Shown here: positions 7,759 to 16,002 of the stretch, one piece after another | How the letters are laid out: the number at the start of each line of letters is the position of its first letter | Numbering within the stretch: position 1 is the first letter of the stretch | NCBI RefSeq assembly: GCF_001564455.1 | Contig: NZ_CP011391.1 | Coordinates: forward strand, 1,950,001-1,982,000 | Reading direction: 5' to 3' | Origin: Faecalibaculum rodentium | GTDB taxonomy: Bacteria > Bacillota_I > Bacilli_A > Erysipelotrichales > Erysipelotrichaceae | DNA: 32,000 nt | Made by a program: the position numbers and the translations under genes | The notes under the pieces: generated by a model | The model's input: only the letters and a program-made list of their open reading frames with translations | Database searches by the model: none | What the model was told of the DNA's origin: nothing

Positions 7759-9906
7759 ATGACTGACTACGAGACATTCCGGCAGAAGGTGCGGACCCTG
7801 GCGGAAGACAACATCCCGCCCATGGCCATGGACCTGGACCTGAACGACAAGTTTCCCCGGGAGTTCGTGAAGCAGATGGCCGATGCCGGTCTCATGGGAC
7901 TGCCCTATGAAACGGAGTACGAAGGTGCCGGCGCAGATGTGAAATCCTACGCCATTGCCGTCGAGGAACTCTCCCGCGTGGATGGTGGCATCGGCGTCAT
8001 CCTCTCTGCTCACACTTCCCTGGGCACCTACCCCATTGCCCATTTCGGAAACGAGGAACAGAAGCGGAAATACCTGCCGGATATCGCCTCCGGCCGCAAA
8101 CTGGCTGCCTTCGGCCTGACAGAGGAGAATGCAGGCAGTGATGCCGGCGGCACAGAGACCACAGCCGTGAAGGACGGGGATGACTATATCCTCAACGGCA
8201 GGAAGATCTTCATCACCAATGCCCCGGAAGCCGACACCTATGTGGTGTTCGCCAGCACGGATCCCGCAAAGGGCACCCGCGGGATTTCGGCGTTTATCGT
8301 CGAAAAGGACATGCCCGGATTCACCTTCTCGAAGCCCTATGACAAGATGGGCATCCGGTCCTCCTGCACAGCGGAGCTGCAGTTTGACAACGTGCGTGTC
8401 CCGAAGGAAAACCTGCTGGGGCTCGAAGGACAGGGCTTCAAGATCGCCATGGCCACACTGGATGGCGGGCGCATCGGCATTGCCGCCCAGGCACTGGGCA
8501 TCGCCCAGGGTGCGTATGAGGATGCCCTGGCCTATGCGAAGGAACGCGTGCAGTTCGGCGCTCCCATTGGCATGAACCAGGGGATTTCCTTCAAGCTTGC
8601 GGATATGGCCACAAAGCTCGAGGCTGCCAGACTGCTGGTCTATCAGGCGGCGGAGCTCAAGCAGGCGAGCAAGCCGTATTCCAAGGAAGCGGCCATGGCG
8701 AAGATGTATGCCTCGGACATCGCCCTGGAGGTCTGCAACGACGCACTGCAGATTTTCGGCGGCAGCGGTTATCTCAAGGGAATGGGCGTGGAACGACGGT
8801 ACCGGGACGCGAAGATCACCACGATTTACGAGGGAACCAACGAGATTCAGCGGGTGGTCATTGCAAGTCACATCCTGGGCAAGATGAAAAAATCCGGAAA
8901 GGAAACCGAAAAGAAGGCGCAGATGATCGACGAGCTGTCACTGGAGGCATCGGTGAAGAAACTGGTATCTATCCTGCGGCAGAAAGGACTCGGCGAACCG
9001 GAGGCGGTGGATGCCCCCATTGCGTCCGCGAAGAAGATCCTGGCAATCGGCCAGGGTGCCGGCAATGTCCGGAATGCGAAAGCTGCCGAAGAAGTTGCGA
9101 AAGCCATGGGCTTTGTCTTTGCGGGTTCACGCCCGGCGGCAGAGGTGCATCACTTCATGGGCATGGACCGGTATATCGGCCTGTCGGGGCAGAAAACCCA
9201 TGGAGACCTGTACATCGCAGCGGGTATCTCCGGTGCGGTGCAGCACCTGAAGGGCATTGAAGATGTGACAACGGTGGTGGCGATCAACACGGATCCCAAT
9301 GCGCCGATTTTCAAACGGGCAGACTACGGCATTGTCGGGGATATGAACGTCATCCTGCCCATGCTGGCAAAGGAGCTCTCCGGACAGGAACCCGGGACAC
9401 CGGGGCAGCTGATGGTCTGCAGTCTGTGCGGCTATGTCTATGACCCGCAGGTGGGTGATCCGGAGAACGGTGTCAGCGCAGGCACGGACTTTGCGGCCCT
9501 GCCGGCGGACTGGGTATGTCCGGTATGCGGCGCAACGAAGGATCTGTTCGAACCGGCCGAGGAACCGGAGGCAGAGCTTGTCGAGACCGAAGAAGTGACA
9601 GCTTCTGCGACGGGTCCTGTCTGGACGTGCAGTCTGTGTGGTTATGTCTATGATGGAGAGGTTCCGTTCGAAGATCTGCCCGGGGACTGGACCTGTCCGA
9701 TGTGCGGGGCAACGAAGGACCTGTTCACATGTGAAGGCGCGGCGATGGAAGAAGCAGCTGTGGAAGAAAAGGAAGAGGGCGCCCCTGTCTGGACGTGCAG
9801 CCTGTGCGGCTATGTCTACGACGGAGAGATCCCCTTCGAAGAGCTCCCGGCAGACTGGGTTTGCCCTGTATGCGGTGCGGGAAAGGACCTGTTTGAAAAG
9901 AGCTGA
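7759..9906 (+). CDS. Fusion protein: short-chain acyl-CoA dehydrogenase + ETF-alpha C-terminal FAD domain + three rubredoxin domains
   Basis: Single 715-aa ORF with RBS AAGGAGA.
- aa 1-378 (7759-8892): ACAD, with [12 protein letters not shown] and the catalytic-base motif [10 protein letters not shown].
- aa ~420-541 (9016-9381): ETF-alpha FAD domain ([44 protein letters not shown]).
- aa 551-598, 621-657 and 677-713: rubredoxins, each with CSLCGY...CP(V/M)CGA. Confidence 0.9.
9619..9897 (+). repeat. Tandem duplication encoding rubredoxin modules 2 and 3
   Basis: 9619-9729 and 9787-9897 encode [14 protein letters not shown](V/I)PFE(D/E)LP(G/A)DW(T/V)CP(M/V)CGA(T/G)KDLF. The DNA copies differ mainly at synonymous third positions. 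Confidence 0.85.
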
Positions 9907-9947
9907 TGAAACTGAGCTGATGCCGATGGTGTGAGCCAAATGACAGG

Positions 9948-9985
9948 AAAGCGGGAAGGACCAGCGTGTCGCTTCCCGCTTTTTC
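9948..9985 (+). terminator. Intrinsic terminator after the ACAD fusion gene
   Basis: AAAGCGGGAAG (9948-9958) pairs with CTTCCCGCTTT (9972-9982) within the downstream T-run (9980-9984). Confidence 0.8.
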
Positions 9986-10120
9986 TGTCTGCAGGCTCCG
10001 GGCAGAGACCGCCGGAGGCAGGTGACAGACTGCCGATGCAAAAAGACCGGGTCACCCTTCCTCTTTCATGCTGCAGGAAATGGACAACCCAGTCTGGTCT
10101 GTATTGTTGTGGCTGGTTCT

Positions 10121-10201
10121 CTAGAGCGGGAGGCCGGCTGCATACAGCAGCGCGGCACCGGAGAGAACCCACATGTATTTGTTCAGTTTTCGTCTGATCA
10201 T
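10121..10201 (-). CDS. Candidate small membrane peptide (26 aa), unannotated-size ORF
   Basis: ATG at 10201, peptide MIRRKLNKYMWVLSGAALLYAAGLPL, TAG stop. RBS AGGAGA 6 nt upstream. Candidate promoter TTGACG (10283..10278), 16 nt, TATACA (10261..10256). No homology is recognisable by eye. Confidence 0.3.
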   Translation of the reverse strand: MIRRKLNKYMWVLSGAALLYAAGLPL

Positions 10202-10410
10202 GGTGTTTCTCCTGGAGAGATCCGGAATGATCCCGGTCTCTCTGTCTGTAGTTAGTGTATACTAACTTCTGTATGACCGTCAATCTCCGCGCCCTCCCGG
10301 TGGCATATCACATGTATCTGACACCGGCCTCCGTCTGGTGGGCTGCTTCTTCTGGCTGAAGCCGGCCTGTCCGCAGCAGCGTTCCTCTGTATACCGGAAA
10401 CAAATCGAAA

Positions 10411-10422
10411 GGGGCTGTAACA
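10411..10422. repeat. Left terminal inverted repeat of the IS (core 12 bp)
   Basis: GGGGCTGTAACA. It is the reverse complement of 12299-12310. Confidence 0.65.
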
Positions 10423-10444
10423 CCTTTATAGTTCCTTAAATCTA

Positions 10445-10482
10445 AAAAAGGCCGAATCCCCACAAATGGGATCGGCCTTTTC
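10445..10482 (+). terminator. Terminator-like hairpin just inside the IS left end (read-through insulator)
   Basis: AAAGGCCGAATCCC (10447-10460) pairs with GGGATCGGCCTTT (10468-10480) with one bulged A, followed by TTTTCTG. It sits between IRL and the transposase -10 box. Confidence 0.5.
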
Positions 10483-10496
10483 TGTATAATTTATTT

Positions 10497-12110
10497 ATGC
10501 AACTAAACAAAATTACACGGGCACAGTCTATCACAATCCAGCCCCAGCTTCCATGTGATTTTTCCATCAATTTTTCTTATCAGGAAGAGGTACCGGCTTC
10601 CGATCCTTCTCGGATCATCCGTGACTTCGTCGAGTCCTTCCTGGATCTTTCCCGATTTCCTTCTCTAACTTCCTGGAATTCCACCCAGTTTCCGGCTTAT
10701 CAGCTACTGGAGACCTCTCTTCTTGCGATGACTGTTTTTGGCTTCTCATCCCTCAGAGAACTGGAGGATCTCAGCCGCTATGATATGCGGTTCCGGTTTC
10801 TCCTCAACGGGGTTTATCCTTCCCACCAGACTTATCATCGCTTCTTCAATTCAGCTCTCAAGCCCTGTATGGAGCAGATCTTCATTGAACTGAACCATTA
10901 TATTGAACTGCACGACTCCGTGGATACAGATACCCTCTTCCTGGATGGCACCAAACTGGAAGCCAACGCCAATAAGATGACATTTGTATGGATGAAGTCT
11001 ACCCGCAAGTACCAGACTTCCGCCAGGAAAAAGATGATGGAGCTCCTGAAACAGTTCAAGAAATGGCTGACTGCCCATGGATATGGTGAACGGAGTGCAG
11101 CCATAAGCATCCTTCAGGAACTTGATATGGATCATCTCATGACCCTGGACCAGGTTTTTATCGATACTGCAGAAGATGAGAAGATCGTCTACGTGGCAGG
11201 AAGAGGCCATAGAAAGTCAGAACTTCAGAGGATGCATGACCAGTTCAGGGAGCTGAGTGTGAAGCTGCAGAAATATGAAGCCTATACAGAAACAGCTGGC
11301 GGTCGCAACAGTTTCTCCAAGACCGATACGGATGCGACCTTCATGCACATGAAATACGACTACTACAATCACACTGGTGTATTCAAGCCGGGATACAACG
11401 TACAGGCAGGAGTAAGTGATGGCTATATCCGCATCCTGCAGGTCACATCCAGTCCAAGTGATTCCAAAGACTTCATCCCGACAGTGGAGAGGTACAGACA
11501 GAAGTATGGAGTCTATCCACAGCGGGTCCCGGCGGATGCGGGATATGGCAGTTATGATAACTACTGTTACTGTGAGGAGCACGGGATCGAACTGATGATG
11601 AAATACAACCTTCAGGAAAAGGAAAGTCACATCAGGAAAGCAGACCGCTTTAAGTCCTATGCATTTGGAAAGCAGGAAGATGGAACTCCTGTATGTCCTG
11701 CAGGCCATCCAATGAAACTGGAGAAAGTGACACAGTCAAATAAGGGCCTGTATCCCCGTACAAACCACCTGTATCGTAGTGAGCATTGCCAGGGCTGTCC
11801 GCTGTGCAGGGAGTGCACCAGATCCAGGAAAGGACGGACTATGAATATCTGCCATGACCTGGAGAGGCAGAAGGGAATCGTCAGGGAAAACATGGCTACA
11901 GAAAGAGGACAGGAGCTGATGATCCAGAGAAGCATCCAGAGCGAAGGGACCTTTGGTCAGCTTAAAGAAGACTATTCGTACACGAGATTACGAAGACGGG
12001 GTAAAGACGGGGTAGAATTCGAGCTTTGGATGGTGGCAGCAGGACATAATATCCGTCACTACTGCAACAGGAAGTCACAGATGAAGGAAAGATCCAGCCA
12101 TCTGAACTAG
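10497..12110 (+). CDS. IS1182-family DDE transposase
   Basis: 537 aa.
- N-terminal motif EEVPASDPSRIIRDFVESFLDLS (InsH-N/DUF772-like).
- Central Cys cluster CPAGHP..CQGCPLCRECT.
- C-terminal EGTFGQLKEDYSYTRLRRRGKDGVEFELWMVAAGHNIRHY, typical of IS1182/IS5-type DDE_Tnp_1_6.

There is no SD. TGTATAAT ends 6 nt before the ATG. Confidence 0.9.
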   Translation: MQLNKITRAQSITIQPQLPCDFSINFSYQEEVPASDPSRIIRDFVESFLDLSRFPSLTSWNSTQFPAYQLLETSLLAMTVFGFSSLRELEDLSRYDMRFRFLLNGVYPSHQTYHRFFNSALKPCMEQIFIELNHYIELHDSVDTDTLFLDGTKLEANANKMTFVWMKSTRKYQTSARKKMMELLKQFKKWLTAHGYGERSAAISILQELDMDHLMTLDQVFIDTAEDEKIVYVAGRGHRKSELQRMHDQFRELSVKLQKYEAYTETAGGRNSFSKTDTDATFMHMKYDYYNHTGVFKPGYNVQAGVSDGYIRILQVTSSPSDSKDFIPTVERYRQKYGVYPQRVPADAGYGSYDNYCYCEEHGIELMMKYNLQEKESHIRKADRFKSYAFGKQEDGTPVCPAGHPMKLEKVTQSNKGLYPRTNHLYRSEHCQGCPLCRECTRSRKGRTMNICHDLERQKGIVRENMATERGQELMIQRSIQSEGTFGQLKEDYSYTRLRRRGKDGVEFELWMVAAGHNIRHYCNRKSQMKERSSHLN

Positions 12111-12298
12111 AAACGAACTGTTTTAAGCAATACAATTGGCTGTCAAAAGGTCAGTCTGAGCTTTCGTGTGCAAAAGTTTTCCCCCATCGTCAGTGAAAGA
12201 AGGTGAACGAAGGTCTGGCAGCGGAAAGACAGTCTTATTTCATTTAATGAGCATAAAGAAAAGGGCTGTAGCCCCCTACTCGATTAAATCGGGTAGTT

Positions 12299-12310
12299 TG
12301 TTACAGCCCC
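12299..12310. repeat. Right terminal inverted repeat of the IS (core 12 bp)
   Basis: TGTTACAGCCCC. A subterminal near-copy GGGCTGTAGCCCC lies at 12263-12275, and a hairpin CTACTCGATT/AATCGGGTAG at 12277-12296. Confidence 0.65.
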
Positions 12311-12329
12311 CTTGCGTTTGGTTCTGGCT

Positions 12330-13430
12330 CTACGCCACCTGGGATTTCAGGTAGGCGAAGATGAAGTCATCCAGGTCGCCGTCCAGCACACTCTGTGCCT
12401 GGCTGGTTTCCTGTCCGGTTCGCACGTCCTTCACCATGGTGTAGGGATGCAGTACATAGCTTCGGATCTGGCTGCCCCATTCGTTGGCGGACTGTTCTCC
12501 CTTGAGTTCCCGGATTTTCTTTTCCTGCTCCTCGATCTCCAGCTGATACAGCCGGGACTTCAGGATCTGCAAAGCCTTTTCCCGGTTCTGGATCTGGCTT
12601 CGTTCCGACTGGCAGGTGGCCACGATGCCTGTGGGCTTGTGCACCATGCGGATGGCGCTGTCGGTCTTGTTGATGTGCTGACCGCCGGCTCCACTGGCCC
12701 GTTTGGTTTCCACGATCAGGTCCTCGGGCTTGATCTCGATTTCGATTTCGTCATTGAACTGCGGCATGACGTCCAGGCTGGCAAAGGATGTGTGACGCCG
12801 GGCCCCTGCGTCAAAGGGCGAGATCCGCACCAGGCGGTGCACGCCTTTTTCTCCCTTGAGATACCCGTAGGCTTTGTCGCCTTCCACCAGCATGGTCACG
12901 CTCTTGATGCCGGCTTCTTCCCCCGGCTGGTAGTCCAGGACCGTGACTTTGTAGCCCTTGCGTTCGGCATAGCGGGTATACATCCGGTACAGCATCCCCG
13001 CCCAGTCGCAGGACTCCGTCCCGCCGGCACCCGGATGCAGTTCCAGGATGGCGTTGGAGCTGTCATATTCATGGGAAAGCAGGACCTTGATCTCGAATTC
13101 CTCCATACCCTTCGAAGCCCCGGCATATTCTTCCTCTGCCATTTCCATGAGCTCTTCATCGAAGTCATCCTTGAGCACCGCAGCCGTTTCGGCCAGGCCG
13201 TCATACTGTTCCTTAAGCGACTCATAGGAGTCCACGATGTCCTTCAGCCCGTTGCGCTTGCGGATCACACCCTGGGCCTTTTTCTGGTCACTCCAGAAAT
13301 CCGGCTCCATGGTCGCATCATCCAGGCATCGGATCTCCTCTTCCTTGGCCGGCAGATCCAGCGACTCTCCAAGGGCTGTCAGTTTTTCCTGATCTGCGGC
13401 GAGATTCTGTCTCAGTTCATACAGTTCCAT
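12330..13430 (-). CDS. prfB: Peptide chain release factor 2
   Basis: SPF tripeptide (RISPFDAG), GGQ motif (SGAGGQHINKT), RF2-type N-terminus. ATG at 13430 with RBS AGGTGA 8 nt upstream. The ORF-track GTG at 13442 lies inside that RBS. The frame is uninterrupted. Confidence 0.93.
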   Translation of the reverse strand: MELYELRQNLAADQEKLTALGESLDLPAKEEEIRCLDDATMEPDFWSDQKKAQGVIRKRNGLKDIVDSYESLKEQYDGLAETAAVLKDDFDEELMEMAEEEYAGASKGMEEFEIKVLLSHEYDSSNAILELHPGAGGTESCDWAGMLYRMYTRYAERKGYKVTVLDYQPGEEAGIKSVTMLVEGDKAYGYLKGEKGVHRLVRISPFDAGARRHTSFASLDVMPQFNDEIEIEIKPEDLIVETKRASGAGGQHINKTDSAIRMVHKPTGIVATCQSERSQIQNREKALQILKSRLYQLEIEEQEKKIRELKGEQSANEWGSQIRSYVLHPYTMVKDVRTGQETSQAQSVLDGDLDDFIFAYLKSQVA

Positions 13431-13605
13431 ATCACGTATCACCTTCCCGGTCTCCGGACCGTTTTTCTGCTTCTTCCTGCCTGACAGGCGGCAGCTGCCT
13501 TTTTGTCAGTATAACAGGACAAAGGGACCCTTCGCGAGGGTCCCGGGTCTGACACAGCGGTCTGTGTCTGTGTCCGCCCAGCCGGCAGGCACCGGCCGGA
13601 CCATT

Positions 13606-16002
13606 TTATGCCTGCTGCGGTTCCCGCCGGATGCGCACCTTCATGAGGAAGAACGCGATTTCCCGGTCGATCCGGGTGTTCATGTCCTCGAACATGTCGA
13701 ATCCTTCCTGCACATACTGCTGCAGGGGGTTGTTCTGCGCATAGGAACGCAGATAGATGCCCGAACGCAGCTTGTCCATGCGGTCGATGTGCTCGATCCA
13801 GTTGCGGTCGATGTTGCGCAGGACCACCGTCTTCTCGAAGGGCAGAAACTGGCTGCGGACATCTTTGATCTCGTTTTCGTAGCCGTTCCATACCTTGTCG
13901 TAGAGGTAGTCACGGACTTCGTCGAAGGACTTGCCTTCCAGTTCCTCCGCATGGATGGCCTTGTCATCCTGCAGGCCCATCATTTCCAGGGACTTCGCCA
14001 GGCCCGCTGCATCCACGGACTGTTTCTTTTCGTTGGACAGGTTCGCCTGCATGGCCTGGTCAATGGCCTTCTCCAGGATCACCTTCACCAGATCATGGAC
14101 TTCTTCGCTCTCCAGGATCTTGTTGCGCTGCGCATAGATGATCTCACGCTGGCGCCGCAGCACGTCATCGTAGTCCAGGAGCGTTTTCCGGGTGTCGAAG
14201 TTGAAGCCTTCCACACGCTTCTGCGCCATGGTGATGGACTTCGTCACGGCCTTGGATTCGATCTGCTCGTCGCCCATTTTATTGAAAAGCGCCTGCAGCT
14301 TGTCACCGCCGAAGCGCACGATCAGCGAATCCTCCAGGGAGACATAGAACCGGGAGAATCCGGGATCGCCCTGACGGCCCGACCGCCCGCGGAGCTGGTT
14401 GTCGATACGCCGGGATTCATGCCGCTCGGAGCCCAGGACTGCCAGACCGCCGAGTTTCCGGCTCTGTTCTGTCAGTTTGATGTCGGTACCACGGCCGGCC
14501 ATGTTCGTGGCAATGGTCACACTGCCCGGGCGGCCCGCCTTTGCAACGATCTCCGCTTCACGGGCGTGGTTCTTGGCATTCAGCACCTCGTGAGGGATCT
14601 TTTCCGCATCCAGCATATTGGAAATCAGCTCACTGGTTTCCACCGCAATGGTGCCCACCAGCACAGGCTGTCCCTTCTCGTGGAGTTCCTTGACTTTGTT
14701 CACCAGGGCCCGGTACTTGGATTCTTTCCGGGAATAGATTTCATCCGGCAGGTCCTGACGGGCAATGGGACGGTTTGTGGGAATCACGATGACCTTCATG
14801 TTGTAGGTGGACAGGAATTCCTCTTCCTCGGTCTTCGCCGTACCGGTCATGCCCGCCAGCTTCTCATAAAGACGGAAGAAGTTCTGGTAGGTGATCGTTG
14901 CCAGCGTGGACGTCTCTTCCTTGATGGGCACGCCTTCCTTGGCTTCGATGGCCTGGTGCAGTCCGTCAGAATAGGCACGGCCCGGCATCATGCGGCCGGT
15001 GAACTGGTCGACGATCACGATTTCCTGCTCGTCATTCACCACGTATTCCACTTCGCGCATCATGATGTAGTTGGCACGCAGGGCCTGGTTGATGTGGTGC
15101 ACCAGCTGGGTGTGGTCCAGGTCATACAGGTTGTCCAGCCCGAAGTATTTCTCGGCCTTGGCCACACCATCGTCCGTCAGCATGACCTGGCGGGTCTTTT
15201 CATCGATGTCATAGTCGCCGGAGAGCAGCTTGTTTTCCTTTGTGGATTTGTCGAATTCATACTCCGGCTTTGTCAGCGTCTTCACGAAGCGGTCCGCCGC
15301 AATATAAAGGTTGGCGGTCTGCTTCTTGCCACCGGAAATGATCAGCGGAGTCCGGGATTCATCGATCAGGACCGAGTCGACTTCGTCCACGAAGGCCACG
15401 TGCAGTCCCCGCATGACACGGTCCTTCACGTCTGTGACCATGTTGTCGCGCAGGTAGTCGAATCCCAGCTCGGAGTTGGTCGTGTAGGTGATGTCGCATG
15501 CATAGGCCTCGCGCTTTTCCCGCGGAGACAGCTCCCGTTTGTTCACGCCGACGCTCAGGCCCAGGAAGCGGTAAATCTCGCCCATCCAGGCGGCATCACG
15601 GCCGGCCAGGTATTCGTTGACGGTGATCACGTGCACACCCTGCCCGGAGAGTGCATTCAGGTAGACTGCCATGGTGGCTGTCAGGGTCTTTCCTTCACCG
15701 GTCTTCATCTCCGCAATGTCGCCCCTGTGCATGGCCACGGATCCCATGATCTGCACCTTGTAGGGTTTCTCGTTGATGACGCGGAATGCGGCTTCCCGGG
15801 CAGTCGCAAATGCCTCGGGCAGCAGGTCGTCCACGGTTTCGCCTTTTTCCAGACGTTCGCGGTATTCACGTGTTTTATCTTTCAGCTCTTCGTCGCTCAG
15901 CGCCTGCATTTTGGGCTCCAGCGCCAGGACCTGGTCGGCTGTTTTCTCCAGTTTTTTCAGTTCCCTTTTCTCTTCGGAAAAGAGTCCGCCAAATACTGCC
16001 AT
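13606..16002 (-). CDS. secA: Preprotein translocase ATPase SecA
   Basis: 798 aa. MKTGEGKTL Walker A, DEVDSVLIDE DEAD-like box, TNMAGRGTDI, RGRSGRQGDPG. ATG at 16002 with RBS GGAAGGAG. It ends ...RIRREPQQA without the Cys-rich zinc-binding C-terminal tail. Confidence 0.95.
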   Translation of the reverse strand: MAVFGGLFSEEKRELKKLEKTADQVLALEPKMQALSDEELKDKTREYRERLEKGETVDDLLPEAFATAREAAFRVINEKPYKVQIMGSVAMHRGDIAEMKTGEGKTLTATMAVYLNALSGQGVHVITVNEYLAGRDAAWMGEIYRFLGLSVGVNKRELSPREKREAYACDITYTTNSELGFDYLRDNMVTDVKDRVMRGLHVAFVDEVDSVLIDESRTPLIISGGKKQTANLYIAADRFVKTLTKPEYEFDKSTKENKLLSGDYDIDEKTRQVMLTDDGVAKAEKYFGLDNLYDLDHTQLVHHINQALRANYIMMREVEYVVNDEQEIVIVDQFTGRMMPGRAYSDGLHQAIEAKEGVPIKEETSTLATITYQNFFRLYEKLAGMTGTAKTEEEEFLSTYNMKVIVIPTNRPIARQDLPDEIYSRKESKYRALVNKVKELHEKGQPVLVGTIAVETSELISNMLDAEKIPHEVLNAKNHAREAEIVAKAGRPGSVTIATNMAGRGTDIKLTEQSRKLGGLAVLGSERHESRRIDNQLRGRSGRQGDPGFSRFYVSLEDSLIVRFGGDKLQALFNKMGDEQIESKAVTKSITMAQKRVEGFNFDTRKTLLDYDDVLRRQREIIYAQRNKILESEEVHDLVKVILEKAIDQAMQANLSNEKKQSVDAAGLAKSLEMMGLQDDKAIHAEELEGKSFDEVRDYLYDKVWNGYENEIKDVRSQFLPFEKTVVLRNIDRNWIEHIDRMDKLRSGIYLRSYAQNNPLQQYVQEGFDMFEDMNTRIDREIAFFLMKVRIRREPQQA

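Larger units (their letters stand above)
10401..12320 (+). mobile_element. IS1182-family insertion sequence (single transposase ORF, imperfect terminal inverted repeats)
   Basis: Core terminal IR GGGGCTGTAACA (10411-10422) matches the reverse complement of TGTTACAGCCCC (12299-12310). A possible 10-bp outward extension matches 6/10. The element is visibly more AT-rich than its flanks. I saw no target-site duplication. Outer limits are uncertain by about 10 bp. Confidence 0.8.

Noticed and set aside
6733-8871. 712-aa minus-strand ORF spanning the GntR gene region and most of the ACAD domain
   Set aside because: It is antisense to a gene with unmistakable ACAD motifs and out of frame with the GntR gene. 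The translation is Arg/Gly/Pro/His-rich low-complexity sequence, typical of shadow ORFs in GC-rich coding DNA. It has no RBS.
9816-10283. 155-aa minus-strand ORF between the ACAD gene and the IS
   Set aside because: It overlaps the 3' end of the ACAD fusion gene and its terminator. It has no RBS and a compositionally odd translation (R/S/P/Q-rich). The short 26-codon ORF in another frame has much better signals.
12166-12354. 62-aa plus-strand ORF crossing the IS right end into prfB
   Set aside because: It spans the IS terminal repeat and runs antisense into prfB, with no RBS. It is most likely a chance ORF in the non-coding IS tail.
12330-13442. Looked for the programmed +1 frameshift site (CUU UGA C preceded by an internal SD) that interrupts prfB in many bacteria
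   Set aside because: The RF2 reading frame is continuous from the ATG at 13430 through ..LTALGESLDLPAKEEE.., with no in-frame UGA. This prfB appears to be a non-frameshifting type, so there is nothing to report beyond that.
13431-13605. 175-bp secA-prfB spacer with several GC-rich hairpins (e.g. GGGACCCT-tcgcg-AGGGTCCC at 13524-13544) and a TATACT box. I considered an internal terminator/promoter pair or an attenuator.
   Set aside because: None of the hairpins is followed by a convincing U-run on the minus strand, and I could not find a matched -35. This is not strong enough to call without transcript data.
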